Source: an uncultured Planctomycetaceae bacterium
GTDB taxonomy: Bacteria; Planctomycetota; Planctomycetia; Pirellulales; PALSA-1355
Reading direction: 5' to 3'
NCBI GenBank assembly: GCA_963785305.1
Contig: CAWAUV010000007.1
Span: forward strand, 640,001-704,000
Length of the DNA: 64,000 nt
Shown here: one piece after another, positions 51,657 through 62,679 of the stretch
Layout: each line of letters starts with the position of its first letter
Numbering within the stretch: position 1 is the first letter of the stretch
Program-made: the position numbers and the translations under genes
Notes under the pieces: generated by a model
What the model was told of the DNA's origin: nothing
The model's database searches: none
Seen by the model: the letters and a program-made list of their open reading frames with translations, nothing else

Positions 51657-52724
51657 ATGAGCACCAGCCCTTACCGCATTCCCGAAACCAACGGCAGCTC
51701 GCCGCCGATCGTGGGCCTGATCGGCTCGGGACCGGCGATGCAGAAGGTGTATCGGCTCACGCGCAAGGTGTCGGCCTCCGATGCCTCGGTGTTGCTCTTG
51801 GGCGAGACCGGCACCGGCAAGGAGCTGATCGCCAAGGCGGTGCATCAGATCAGCCATCGCGGCAGCGGTCCGTTCGTGCGGGTCAACTGCGGCGCGCTGA
51901 GCGAAAGCTTGCTCGAAAGCGAATTGTTCGGCCATGTGCGCGGAAGCTTCACCGGCGCCATCGCCAACCGCACCGGCCGATTCGAAGCGGCCCACACCGG
52001 CACCATCTTTCTCGACGAAATCAACTCCACCACGCCGAAGCTGCAAGTCAAACTGCTCCGGGTATTGCAGGAGCGCGAGTTCGAGCGCGTGGGCGACACC
52101 CAGACCGTGTTCGTCGACACGCGGGTCGTGGCGGCCAGCAATCGCGACCTGATGACCGAAGTGGCCAACGAACGTTTCCGCGAGGATTTGTATTATCGGC
52201 TCAACGTGGTGCCGATCCATCTGCCTCCGCTCCGCGAGCGCTCGGAGGACATTCCCGAGCTCGTGGCCCATTTCCTCACCTACTACAACGAAAAAAACGA
52301 GCGCTATGTGGTGCATATCCATCCGCAAGCGATGGACGCCCTGCGCGGATACCACTGGCCCGGCAATGTGCGCGAGCTGCAAAACTACATCGAGCGCGCG
52401 GTGGTGATGGCTTCGGGCGACGAGCTGACGAGCGACCTGTTGCCCGACTCGGTGCTCAAGGGTTCGCCGCCGCCGGCGACGCGGAGCAATCGTCCGGCGG
52501 ATTTGGAAACGCTGACCTTCGATCTCGTGCAGCAAGGCGTGACGATGGCGGGGGCGCAGGAAGACAACTTGCATGCCAAGATCGTGAACCGCGTGGAGCG
52601 GGAACTGATCGCCCAGGTGATGACGTCGTGCGACAATGTGCAGACCAAGGCGGCGTCGAAGCTGGGCATCAATCGCAACACGCTGCATAAGAAGCTCAAG
52701 GAATATGGTCTGGAAGAGGAATGA
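51657..52724 (+). CDS. sigma54-dependent enhancer-binding protein (AAA+ + Fis HTH, no sensory domain)
   Basis: GETGTGKE, ESELFGHVRGSFTGA, FLDEI, WPGNVRELQN and AASKLGINRNTLHKKL motifs. Confidence 0.95.
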   Translation: MSTSPYRIPETNGSSPPIVGLIGSGPAMQKVYRLTRKVSASDASVLLLGETGTGKELIAKAVHQISHRGSGPFVRVNCGALSESLLESELFGHVRGSFTGAIANRTGRFEAAHTGTIFLDEINSTTPKLQVKLLRVLQEREFERVGDTQTVFVDTRVVAASNRDLMTEVANERFREDLYYRLNVVPIHLPPLRERSEDIPELVAHFLTYYNEKNERYVVHIHPQAMDALRGYHWPGNVRELQNYIERAVVMASGDELTSDLLPDSVLKGSPPPATRSNRPADLETLTFDLVQQGVTMAGAQEDNLHAKIVNRVERELIAQVMTSCDNVQTKAASKLGINRNTLHKKLKEYGLEEE

Positions 52725-52754
52725 AGCCTCCCCGGTTTTTGAAGATCGCCTGCC

Positions 52755-53651
52755 GTGAATTCCGCCGCCAGCATTGTCATCGCGCTGTTCGCCGCCTCGT
52801 ATTTCGCGGCGTGGCTCTTCGAGCTGGCCAAGCTCTGGGGACGCGCTTCGCGCGCGCGGCTGGCGCTCGGCGTCGCCATGTTCGGGCTCGTCGCCCAGGG
52901 GCTCTTCCTTGGCGATCGCGCAGTGCGCGTCGCCGGGCCGCCGCTTTCGAGCAGCTTCGATTGGTGTCTGCTCGCCGCTTGGATGCTCGCGGCCGTGACG
53001 GTCTATCTCGCGTGGCGTGATCCCCGCTCGGGCATGGGGCTTTTTCTCTGGCCGCTGGTGCTCGGGCTCACCGCCGCCGCCTCGGGATTCGCCGATCCGG
53101 CGCCGATCGCCGCCGAGCCCGCTTCCAAAATCTGGGGCGCCATTCACGGCGTTTTTCTCCTACTGGGCACGGTTGTCGTGATGCTTGGATTCACGGCCGG
53201 CGTGATGTATCTCGTGCAAGCCCGGCGATTGAAGCGCCACCGGCTCGGCGTGGGCGGCCTCAAACTTCCCAGCCTCGAATGGCTCGAGCAGGTCAATAGC
53301 CGTGTCGTGTTTCTCTCGGCGGTGCTGGTGAGCATCGGCTTCGCGGCGGGCTTGGTGCTCAATCGCGTGGGGGGGCGAACCGTGCTGCCCTGGACCGATC
53401 CGGTCGTGTGGAGCTCGGGGCTCATGCTCGGCTGGCTCGTGGCGGCGGCGGCGTTTAATGTGTTCTATAAACCGGCTCGACATGGCCGCAAAGTGGCCTA
53501 TCTCACGGTGGCGAGCTTCCTGTTTCTGATGATCGCGCTGGGAGTGTTCCTCTTGATCGACACTCGCCACGGCGGCCAGCGGCCCGAACACAAATCGGCA
53601 ATGGCCCTGGCCACGGGTCGCGGCGAAATCGCTTCCGAGGAGGCGGGCTGA
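52755..53651 (+). CDS. ccsA: Cytochrome c assembly CcsA/HemX-like membrane protein
   Basis: About 8 TM helices; WGAIHG, MYLVQARRLK, LPSLEWLE, PWTDP and GRKVAYL motifs; coupled to hemA. Confidence 0.85.
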   Translation: MNSAASIVIALFAASYFAAWLFELAKLWGRASRARLALGVAMFGLVAQGLFLGDRAVRVAGPPLSSSFDWCLLAAWMLAAVTVYLAWRDPRSGMGLFLWPLVLGLTAAASGFADPAPIAAEPASKIWGAIHGVFLLLGTVVVMLGFTAGVMYLVQARRLKRHRLGVGGLKLPSLEWLEQVNSRVVFLSAVLVSIGFAAGLVLNRVGGRTVLPWTDPVVWSSGLMLGWLVAAAAFNVFYKPARHGRKVAYLTVASFLFLMIALGVFLLIDTRHGGQRPEHKSAMALATGRGEIASEEAG

Positions 53652-54928
53652 TGAAAGTGCAGGTCGTCGGATGCAGCCATCACAATTCGGCCGTGGCGGT
53701 GCGCGAACGCTTGGCCTTCGGCCCGCAGCAGATCGGGCCCGCGCTCGATGGCTTTCGCGCCCGTTTTCCCGAGGCCGAGGCGGTGCTGCTTTCGACCTGC
53801 AATCGCATCGAGCTCTACACGGCGGTGGAAGACGACACGAACGGCCCGAGCCATGAGGCGGTGGCCCAGTTCGTGGCCGAGTTTCACGGAGTGCCGGTGG
53901 TCGAGGTGTTCGACGAATTGTTCGAGCGCACGGGTGAAGACGCCGTGCGGCATTTGTTCACCGTGGCGGCGAGTCTCGATAGCATGGTGGTCGGCGAGCC
54001 GCAGATTCTGGCCCAAGTCAAGCAGGCCTACGACTTGGCCACGCGCTGCAACAGCACCGGCCCGCTGACGCATGGCATTTTTCAAGCCGCCGTGCGCGTG
54101 GCCCGCCGCATCACGACCGAGACCTCGGTGCATCAGCGCCGGGTCAGTATTCCGAGCGTGGCGATTGGCGACTTCGCCCGCCAAATTTTCGAGCGGTTCG
54201 ACGATAAACGCATTCTGCTGATCGGCGCCGGCGAAATGGCCGAGGAAACACTCCGCTATCTCGAGGAAGAAGGCGCCCACGATGTAACCGTGGTGAATCG
54301 CAGCCCCGAGCGGGCGCGCGAATTGGCCGAGCGCTGGCGCGGCAAGCCGGCATTGTGGGAATCGCTGCCGCGGCTGCTGGCCGAAGCCGATCTGATCGTG
54401 AGCACCACCGGCGCGAGCGAGCCGGTGGTCTCGGCGGCGATGTTTCGCGCGGTCGAGCCGGCCCGGGAGCAGCGGCCGCTATTCGTGCTCGATCTGGCGG
54501 TGCCGCGTGATTTCGATCCCGCGATCGGCGACGCGCTGGGGGTATATCTCTATTCGCTCGACGATCTCCAGGCCGCTTGCGACCGGAATCGAGCGGAACG
54601 CGACCGCGAGGCGCCCGCCGCGCTCAAGATCATCGAGCAAGAGACCGCCCGCTTCATGGCCGACTGGCGCCATCGGGCCACGGCGCCGATCATCAAGCGA
54701 CTGCGCGAAGGCTGGCAGCAGTCGAAAGACGACGAATTGAAGCGGCTGTTCAATAAGCTCCCGCAGCTCGACGATCGCTCGCGCGACGAAGTCCGCCAAG
54801 CCTTCGATCGGCTCGTCAACAAACTCTTGCATCCGCCGCTCGAATCGCTGCGTTCGGCGGCCGAATCGGGCCCTCCGCATCACGGCCTGGTCGATGCCTT
54901 GAGACGCTTGTTTCATCTCAAGGATTGA
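53651..54928 (+). CDS. hemA: Glutamyl-tRNA reductase
   Basis: VRERLAF, LSTCNRIE, SLDSMVVGEPQILAQVK, IGAGEMA and DLAVPRD motifs. Confidence 0.97.
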   Translation: MKVQVVGCSHHNSAVAVRERLAFGPQQIGPALDGFRARFPEAEAVLLSTCNRIELYTAVEDDTNGPSHEAVAQFVAEFHGVPVVEVFDELFERTGEDAVRHLFTVAASLDSMVVGEPQILAQVKQAYDLATRCNSTGPLTHGIFQAAVRVARRITTETSVHQRRVSIPSVAIGDFARQIFERFDDKRILLIGAGEMAEETLRYLEEEGAHDVTVVNRSPERARELAERWRGKPALWESLPRLLAEADLIVSTTGASEPVVSAAMFRAVEPAREQRPLFVLDLAVPRDFDPAIGDALGVYLYSLDDLQAACDRNRAERDREAPAALKIIEQETARFMADWRHRATAPIIKRLREGWQQSKDDELKRLFNKLPQLDDRSRDEVRQAFDRLVNKLLHPPLESLRSAAESGPPHHGLVDALRRLFHLKD

Positions 54929-55110
54929 TGGCTTTTCCTCGGGGCTGGTCGACGCTTTCTGTCTTTCCGCGCCGGCGGATTGAATCCAATGGGCCGGTAA
55001 TTTAATATACTGCGCGACACCCATCCGTGGCGCGTCGGTGCCCCTCGATCGAGTGAGTGTCGAACTTTCGACCTCCTGGCGAACACTCTCTCCTTCCTTA
55101 GGAATCTCTC

Positions 55111-56036
55111 ATGGCGATTGAATTCCAGTGTCTCAATTGCGGTCGGTCGCTACGGGGTAAAGACGAACTGGCTGGCCGGCGCGTGAAGTGCCCGACCTGC
55201 GCCGCGGCGATTGAAGTTCCGCAGCCGGCCGATGAATTCGCGGCGCTGGCGGCCGCCGCGCCGACCGGCGACGCTTGGAGCGAAGAGGATGTGAACCCGT
55301 ATCGCCCCACGACCGATGCCGCGCCCGACGCGCGGAGTCGCGTGGATATGCGGCGTCGTCGAGCAAACGTGAAATTGCGATCGGCGATATTTGGCGCCGC
55401 ACTTGGACGATCTTCAAAGACAACATCGGTCTCTCGCTGGGCGCCATCATCCTGCCCGCCATTATCCAGAATGTGTTCACGTTCGCGCTGGCTTTCCTCG
55501 TGGGAGTGGTCCTGGGATTGACCAATCATCGCGGCGGAGGCGGCCAAGAAGCAATAATTCTTGGGGTGCAAGGACTCGGGTTGCTGCTGGTCATTTATTT
55601 TAATTTCGGCCAAGCGGCGATCATGCTCAATATCGCGGGTGGAAATAACCCCAGCATAGGCGAGTTGTTCGTGTCGCCACTGCTCGCGGGCAAACTCTTC
55701 CTCGGCTGGGCAGTGCTAGGCATTGTGATGTTGATCTCGGCCATCACCATCGTCGGGCCGATCATCATCGCCATGATGTTCTGGCCGTTTACTTATATGA
55801 TGATCGAGAAAAATGACGACGTGTTCGGCACGATGCGGGAAGCATATGAAGTCACGGCCGGCCATCGCATGTCGATGTTCGGCCTGACGATCGTCACTTC
55901 ACTTGCGGCGACAGCGCTCACCGTGTTTACCTGCGGGCTGGGCGCGTTCATTGCGGGGCCTTGCTTTGCGTTGATGTTTCCGGTGACGTACCTTGTGATC
56001 ACCGGGCGGAGAACCGCCGATCGCCGTGGCCGCTGA
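55111..56036 (+). CDS. Zinc-ribbon + integral membrane (DUF975-like) protein (frameshift near 55330)
   Basis: CLNC...GRRVKCPTC zinc ribbon, NPY motif, then IGDIWRRTW and several TM helices. Confidence 0.75.
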
Positions 56037-56111
56037 AAGGGAATTGCTCGGCGTCGGGCGGTTGTGCCGTGTTGTCGCATCTCTTCCCCTTTTTCGGATG
56101 TAAAAAATACG

Positions 56112-57194
56112 ATGGCCCCCATCACCCCGTTCTCACTCCGGTCCGTCATGCGCGTCGGTCCGTTGCTCGCGGCGGGTTTCGTCGGCTGGGCGGCCGCAAC
56201 GCTCTTGGCCGCCGAACCGGCGCGCATCCTTTTCGACACCGATATTTGCTCCGATGTCGACGATGTGGGCGCCGTGGCGCTCTTGCATGCCCTGGCCGAT
56301 CGGGGCGAGGCCGAGATCGTGGCCATGACCATTTCATGCGCCAACCCAGACTGCGCTCTCTGTCTCGATGCGCTCAACACCTACTATGGGCGGTCGGGCA
56401 TTCCGATCGGCGTCGTGCGCGCGGGCGGCGTGATGAGTGATTCGAAATACGTGGCCGGCATTGCCAAGGAATTTCCCCACGCGCTCAAGTCGGCGGCCGA
56501 CGCGCCCGACGCCCTCGCCACGCTCCGCCGCTCGCTGGCCAAGCAGCCCGACGGGTCGGTGACGCTGGTGTCGGTCGGCTTTCTGACGAACATCGCCGCG
56601 CTCGTCGATTCGCCGCCCGACGCCGAGAGCGAATTGAATGGGCGCGAACTCGCGCGGCGCAAGATCAAGGTTTGGGTCGCCATGGCCGGCAAGTTTCCCG
56701 AGGGCGCCGAATACAATGTCGACCGAGCCGCCGCCGCGTCCCAGCGAGCAATCGCCAAGTGGCCGACGCCGATCGTGTTTTCCGGATTCGAAATCGGTCA
56801 GCCCATCGAAACCGGCGCCGGACTCAAAGCCGCGCCCGCCGATAGCCCGATTCGCCGCGCCTATGAACTTTACAACGGGCTCAAGAACCGCTCGAGCTGG
56901 GATCAAACCGCGGTGCTGGTGGGTGTGCGCGGGCTCGACGCTCCGAGACGGGACAGCGAGGGCTCTGGCGAAGCGCCGCGAGCCATCGCCGGACCGCTGG
57001 CCGGTGGGCTCGACGCGCTTTGGAATCTTCACGGCCCCGGCACGGTGCTCGTCGACGCACGCGGACACAACCGCTGGGAGGCATCGTCCGAGGGGCTCCA
57101 TGCCTATCTCGAGGCGAAGGCCCCGGTCCGCGAAGTGGCCGAACGGATCGAGGCGTTGATGCTCGCGCCGCCCAAAGCCCGAGCCGGGCGATAG
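56112..57194 (+). CDS. Secreted nucleoside hydrolase-family protein
   Basis: Signal peptide; FDTDICSDVDDVGA, VGFLTNIA, EYN and SWDQ motifs. Confidence 0.85.
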   Translation: MAPITPFSLRSVMRVGPLLAAGFVGWAAATLLAAEPARILFDTDICSDVDDVGAVALLHALADRGEAEIVAMTISCANPDCALCLDALNTYYGRSGIPIGVVRAGGVMSDSKYVAGIAKEFPHALKSAADAPDALATLRRSLAKQPDGSVTLVSVGFLTNIAALVDSPPDAESELNGRELARRKIKVWVAMAGKFPEGAEYNVDRAAAASQRAIAKWPTPIVFSGFEIGQPIETGAGLKAAPADSPIRRAYELYNGLKNRSSWDQTAVLVGVRGLDAPRRDSEGSGEAPRAIAGPLAGGLDALWNLHGPGTVLVDARGHNRWEASSEGLHAYLEAKAPVREVAERIEALMLAPPKARAGR

Positions 57195-57239
57195 ACGCGG
57201 GCAAAAATCTTCGCGGGGCGGCGATTGTTCCTCGCTGCT

Positions 57240-57536
57240 TTAGAGCATGGCCCGAATACCGAGGCTCATGCCGACGTGGGTGAAAACGAACAGGGTGGCG
57301 ATCAGGTAGGCTCGTTTGATCTCGACGCCGAAGGTCGCCGACACGACAACCCCGAGCACTCCGGCCGCAATCGCCGTGGCCACGAAAAGACCGGCGAGGC
57401 CGATCGCCGCGGTCAGCGCAAATCCGAGCAGACTCGTTGCAATCGCCGAGCCCAGCGCCACCAAGAACGCCGTTCCGATCGCCACATGTCGCCGGACCCG
57501 GCGCCCAGTGTCTCTGGCGGCGGTCCTGAGATGCAA
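57240..57536 (-). CDS. Small hydrophobic hypothetical protein (5' end uncertain)
   Basis: Three TM-like segments. Confidence 0.4.
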   Translation of the reverse strand: MHLRTAARDTGRRVRRHVAIGTAFLVALGSAIATSLLGFALTAAIGLAGLFVATAIAAGVLGVVVSATFGVEIKRAYLIATLFVFTHVGMSLGIRAML

Positions 57537-57788
57537 ATTGCCTCGCGGCGAGGGTAGCTAGCGGCGCCAGCGATGCTGGTCCCTCCCAGAGTCGCGGCTC
57601 TGGCCGGAGTTCCCTCGCTGCCGGGGCCGGGTTTTGCTATTCTAGCGGGGAAAGGGCTTCGCGCTGCTGGTCGCGGTTCACGCCGGTTGCTTTTCACAAG
57701 CATCGCGGCTCGGGGCCAGGCGGCGAGGGTTCGCCCCGGATTTTTTCGCATCGCCTCCCGGTTTTTCGATTACAAGGTTCTTCCGCTC

Positions 57789-58934
57789 GTGCAAATCGTT
57801 CGCAATCCAACTCGGGCCGTGCGGGTCGGATCGGTCACGCTGGGCGATGGCCACCCGATCGCCGTGCAAAGCATGACCGCCACGCACACGCAAGATATCG
57901 CCGCCACCGTGGCCCAGGTCAACGATCTCTTGGGCGCCGGGGCCGATATTGTGCGGATCGCGGTCGACAATAAGAAAGACGCCGCGGCCTTGGCCGAGAT
58001 TCGGCGCCAGACGTCGGCCAATCTGTCGGTCGACTTGCAGGAGAGCTACCGGTTGGCGAGCGACGTGGCCCCCAGCGTGGACAAACTCCGCTACAATCCC
58101 GGTCATTTGTATCACCACGAGCGCGAAAAACCCTGGCAAGACAAAGTCAAGTTCCTCGTCGACACCGCCGGCGAACATGACTGCGCCCTGCGCGTGGGCG
58201 TGAACTGCGGCTCGGTCGATCCGGCGAAGCTCGCCGAGCATGGGGCCGAGAAGGAGCGAGATTCGCTTGCCCCGATGCTGGCCAGCGCCTGGGAGCACTG
58301 CGAGTTGCTCGATCGGCTCGGCTTCACTCGCTACTGCGTGTCGCTCAAGGATTCCGATCCGGCGAAGGTGGTCGAGGTGAATCGACGGTTCGCCGAGCGT
58401 CGGCCCGATGTGCCGCTGCACTTGGGCGTGACCGAGGCCGGCCTGCCGCCCGACGGAGTGATCAAGACTCGCATCGCCTTCGAGCAACTCATCAGCCGCG
58501 GCATCGGCGACACGATTCGGGTGTCGCTCACGGTGCCGAATGCCCGCAAAGGCGAGGAGATCGACGCGGGCCGCAAGATTTTGGCCGATATCGCGGCCGG
58601 CCGGGTGCGGAGCGTGGTCGATTTTGGATTGCAGTCGCTGAACATCATCAGTTGCCCGAGTTGTTCGCGCGTGGAGAACGAAGCGTTTATCGACCTCGCC
58701 GAGCAGGTGAAGGAAATGACGCGCTACGCCGCCGATCATGCGATCACGATCGCCGTGATGGGGTGCCGCGTGAACGGGCCCGGCGAGACCGACGACGCCG
58801 ATTTGGGCCTGTGGTGTGGACCGAAGCATGTGAATTTGAAGCGTGGCGGCGAGGAATTGGGCGCCTTCGCCTATCATGAAATTTTGCCCAAGCTCAAACA
58901 TGAACTGGACAAGCTGATCGCCATGAAGGCGTAA
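57789..58934 (+). CDS. ispG: (E)-4-hydroxy-3-methylbut-2-enyl-diphosphate synthase
   Basis: [45 protein letters not shown] and [10 protein letters not shown] motifs. Confidence 0.96.
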   Translation: MQIVRNPTRAVRVGSVTLGDGHPIAVQSMTATHTQDIAATVAQVNDLLGAGADIVRIAVDNKKDAAALAEIRRQTSANLSVDLQESYRLASDVAPSVDKLRYNPGHLYHHEREKPWQDKVKFLVDTAGEHDCALRVGVNCGSVDPAKLAEHGAEKERDSLAPMLASAWEHCELLDRLGFTRYCVSLKDSDPAKVVEVNRRFAERRPDVPLHLGVTEAGLPPDGVIKTRIAFEQLISRGIGDTIRVSLTVPNARKGEEIDAGRKILADIAAGRVRSVVDFGLQSLNIISCPSCSRVENEAFIDLAEQVKEMTRYAADHAITIAVMGCRVNGPGETDDADLGLWCGPKHVNLKRGGEELGAFAYHEILPKLKHELDKLIAMKA

Positions 58935-58989
58935 GCGCGAACCGGTTCGATCGTGGTTTCCTCGCTCGCATTGTCTCAAAGGGTCAGGG

Positions 58990-59790
58990 ATGACCAGCCG
59001 GAGACGCTTATATGGAGTGGTCGTCGCTGGCGCGCTCGCCGGCGGCTGCGCGAGCTTTCGCGCTGCGCCCGAGTTGCCGGCGCGCTCGAGCGTCGTGCGC
59101 GGTCAACTTTGGGTGCATAGCGATCTGTATTTGCCGCGGCGGCATCGGCTGATCGAGGAGATCAACGCCCAGCGCGGCGTGCTCGCGACGAAACTCAACC
59201 TGCCGACCTCCGACGAACCGGTGCATGTGTATCTGTTCTCCTCGGCCGAGGAATTCAAACGCTATGTCGGCGCCAACTTCCCCAACTTTCCCACGCGGCG
59301 AGCGTTCTTCGTCGAAAGCGACGCCAAGCTCGCCGTGTATGCCTACTGGGGCGATCGCGTGGCCGAGGATCTGCGCCACGAAGTGACGCATGGGTATCTG
59401 CATTCCGTCGTGCCGCGCATTCCGCTGTGGATCGACGAGGGGTTGGCCGAATATTTCGAAGTGCCGGCCGGGCATCATGGGCGCCACGAGCCGCATCTTC
59501 AGGAGATCGCCGAGGCGCGGGCCAATATCGGCTGGAAGCCCGACCTACGTCGGCTCGAGCGGCTCGGCGATGCTTCGGAAATGACCCAACTCGACTATGC
59601 CGAATGCTGGGCCTGGGCTCACTTCCTGCTTGAATCGACACCCGAGCGCCAGCAAGCGCTGCATGCGTATCTCGAGGCGCTGCAAGGCGTCGAGGCGGTC
59701 GAGCCGCTGTCGGCCCGGCTGCGCGCCGTGCATTTGGACTACGAGCAAAAGCTGCTCGAGTATCTCGATTCGCTGCCGAAGTCGCCTTGA
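58990..59790 (+). CDS. DUF1570 zincin-like lipoprotein
   Basis: Lipobox LAGGC; DLRHEVTHGYLH, PLWIDEGLAEYFE and YAECWAWAHFL motifs. Confidence 0.88.
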   Translation: MTSRRRLYGVVVAGALAGGCASFRAAPELPARSSVVRGQLWVHSDLYLPRRHRLIEEINAQRGVLATKLNLPTSDEPVHVYLFSSAEEFKRYVGANFPNFPTRRAFFVESDAKLAVYAYWGDRVAEDLRHEVTHGYLHSVVPRIPLWIDEGLAEYFEVPAGHHGRHEPHLQEIAEARANIGWKPDLRRLERLGDASEMTQLDYAECWAWAHFLLESTPERQQALHAYLEALQGVEAVEPLSARLRAVHLDYEQKLLEYLDSLPKSP

Positions 59791-59808
59791 TATCGTTTCG
59801 GCCGGTCA

Positions 59809-59838
59809 GCAGCCCGTTGAAATACTCGACAGGCTGTC
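59809..59838 (+). repeat. Terminal fragment of structured repeat element
   Basis: GCAGCCCGTTGAAATACTCGACAGGCTGTC resembles GCAGCCCGTTGATTTATTCAGCGGGCTGC at 46931. Confidence 0.6.
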
Positions 59839-60026
59839 AGTTCGACTTTCGCGGTTTTCAAAAGTTCCGATAGCCCGATTCGTCGTGGTTTCTCCGATTT
59901 CGGCGCGTTTCCGGCAACCTTCGGCCTCTCGGTAACATGCAAAAATTGGCAGTTCGGCCGTCAAACTGTGCAAAACCCACGAGAAATCGGCGATTCGAGT
60001 GCTAGCAAAAAACGCGAAACTTGAAG

Positions 60027-61147
60027 TCAGGGAACATCGATCGCCACATTGTCGTTGCGCCCGCCGAGCGCTTTGAACGCCGTGGCGTCGATGTCGAACA
60101 GAATCGACTGCACCGAGCCATCGCACATCACCATGTTGGCGACCGTCGGGTGCGCGCTGCCGAAGTAGCTGTTGTTGGGACTCAGGTCCGACACGGGCGG
60201 CGACGATTCCCAGCGAAGCGTGTAATAAACATGGCCGGTGTAGGCCGAGCCATCGCTCGTGCCCCCGAGCGCCATCGACTTTTCGCCGAGCATGAAGGTC
60301 TTGCTTGTGCCGTCGGTCACTTGCGCGGGCCGGATCTGGCTGCGCAGGAAAGTAATGCCGGTCGCCTGGGCCACATGCGAATTGGCGCCGGTCGACCAGT
60401 CGGGCCAGCAGAGATCGGCGATCTGCGGCAACGGCGGATCGGGTGGATTCGCCGGGCCCGAGCCGGTCGTATAGGGCGGATTCGGCGGCACGATCGCTGG
60501 CGGCGGCCAGGGAATGCTCGGATCATTGGGCGGCCACCCCGAGGGCGGGCAAGGAATGCCGGACCAGGGCGGCCCCGGCGCGCCGGGCGCATTTGGATTG
60601 GGCAGACTATCGCCCGCCGCTTCCGAACTCGGACCGGTGCTGCCAATCTGAAAACCAGGGCCATAGGTCGACACCGGATAGCTATTACCCGGCGGCCACG
60701 ACTCGCCGACCGTGCCCGCGTTTGCCGCATAGTCGCTCTGGGCGAGCGTGCCCGTGCGCGCCGGCCGGGACAGAAAAAGGAGGGCACCGGCACATTCGGC
60801 ACCGTCTTGCTTTTACGAATTTCGGTCTCTTCCATGAACGAGAGCACGTTGTAATACCAGCCGCCCGGCTGATGCATTCCATAGCCGCGCGTCGGCTGGG
60901 CCGACCACGACGATCCCCAGCCACCCGACGGATACCAGGTGTATTGATTGGCATGGTTGTTGAACGCGATGCCGATTTGCTTGAGATTGTTCTTACACGA
61001 GGCCAGCCGCGCCGATTCGCGCGCCGCTTGCACGGCCGGCAGCAAGAGCGCGATCAAGAGCCCGATAATGGCGATCACGACCAGCAGCTCGATAAGCGTA
61101 AACGCGCGCGAGCGCCTGCTCGACGCAACTCGACCCGTCGCTGTCAC
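60027..61147 (-). CDS. DUF1559 prepilin-type protein with Pro-rich insert (frameshifts around 60680-60760)
   Basis: [46 protein letters not shown] and [12 protein letters not shown] motifs; GTG start after GGAGA. Confidence 0.9.
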
Positions 61148-61385
61148 GGGAACGTCTCCGCGAATGTGAATTGCGGGAAGCCGCGGCCGGCCACGAGGCG
61201 CGGCGACGCGAAGCTCTCCCGAGAATCTCACGCGTAATGGGAAATGCCAGACCGTCGAGGCGCTCTACAGAACGCGGAGCGCCAAGAAATTTAACTTATC
61301 GAATTTTAGTGTCACGAAACCAGATTGAAAAGTCTGCTTTTTGTTTTTCGCCCCCGCCGCGACCTGCTGGCATCGCCGGGTCGAT

Positions 61386-62394
61386 TCACTTCTCGGCCGG
61401 CGCTTTGAGTCGCTGAACGACGAAATCCCAAATGTCCTTGTAGTTTTCAGTCGGATGATCGGGGTATTTCACGAGACATTCGACACCCGCCTCTCGGGCA
61501 AGCTCTTGAAAACCAAGCGACCAGCGCGGCGAATGCACCTTGTAATCGCCCTCGCCCACGGTGTCGGGCCGGGTGAGACCCCAGTTGTTTTCGAAATAAA
61601 TCGGGGCGGCGCCTTTGTGCAGCAACGCGTCGGGCGACCAGGCGCGGATCAACGGCAGCAGTTCCTCGCGCTGCGCCTTCGACTCGGCGAATTTGAGTCC
61701 GAGCGCCGGCGCGCCCCACTCCACTCCCGGCTCCCAGGCTTGCATCCGCTGGGGATCGATCGTCGGCTGGCTGCGGTAGGCCGCCACGCAGGTCACCCGG
61801 GTCGATTCGCGCGCCACGGGATCGGCCGCGTCGGGCTGGGCGCGATCGGCCGAGCAGCCGACATACAGGGCCGGCAGCGCGCCTTGGGAACCGCCGCCGA
61901 CCGCGATCCGCTCCGGATCGAGATTCCAATCGGCCGCATGCAGCCGCACGAACTGCACTGCCCGGCAGGCGTCGTTCATCACATAGGCCACGGGCGCCGA
62001 GGCTTTGTCTTCCATGGCGTCGGCGAGCGTGCGCGTTTCCACGGCCACGACCGCGCACCCGGCGGGGAGAAAATAATCGAGTCGGGCCGCGTGTTTGGCC
62101 GGCTTCCAGATGCCGCCATACCAGACCACGACCGGAAACGGACCGTTGCCCTCGGGCGGCAGGTATACATCGAGCAATTGATGCGGGCTCGGTCCATAGG
62201 AAACATCCGCGGCTTTCGGCGCGGGCGGCGCGGCCAGGGCGGTCGAGGGCGTCGCGGCGCAGCATCGTGGCGCTGGCCGCCATGAACATTGCCAAGCCAA
62301 TCACGTCGAGACGCCGCGTAGCCAGCGAGGTCGCGCCCGCCGCCGACCGATCCGCGGCGAAGATTTTCCCACGAAAAGCGACGGTGGCAAGCAT
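61386..62394 (-). CDS. Alpha/beta hydrolase (BD-FAE/lipase-like), N-terminal frameshift, start uncertain
   Basis: DVSYGPSPHQLLDVY, DACRAVQFVR, IAVGGGSQG nucleophile and VHSP motifs. Confidence 0.85.
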
Positions 62395-62679
62395 GCTGAT
62401 ATTCTCCAAATCAAGGAACGAGCCGCATTTCAAGCGCCAACATCGACGAGGAATCGAGGACTCGCGCGGCGGCGGCGTGTCGCTGTTTTGTACGCTGCCG
62501 CATTCCACGAATCAATCAATTCCCTTTCCTTTTTGACCGCGCCGGCTGCCCGCTCGGACGCTTCACGCTATGATGCGTGGCGCCAGCGGTTCGATTTACC
62601 CCCGCGGTTTTCGGGCCGCGGTGAATTGCCGCGATCCGTGCCCTTGGAGCCTTCGAACCGAAAACCTGAAATCGAGACC

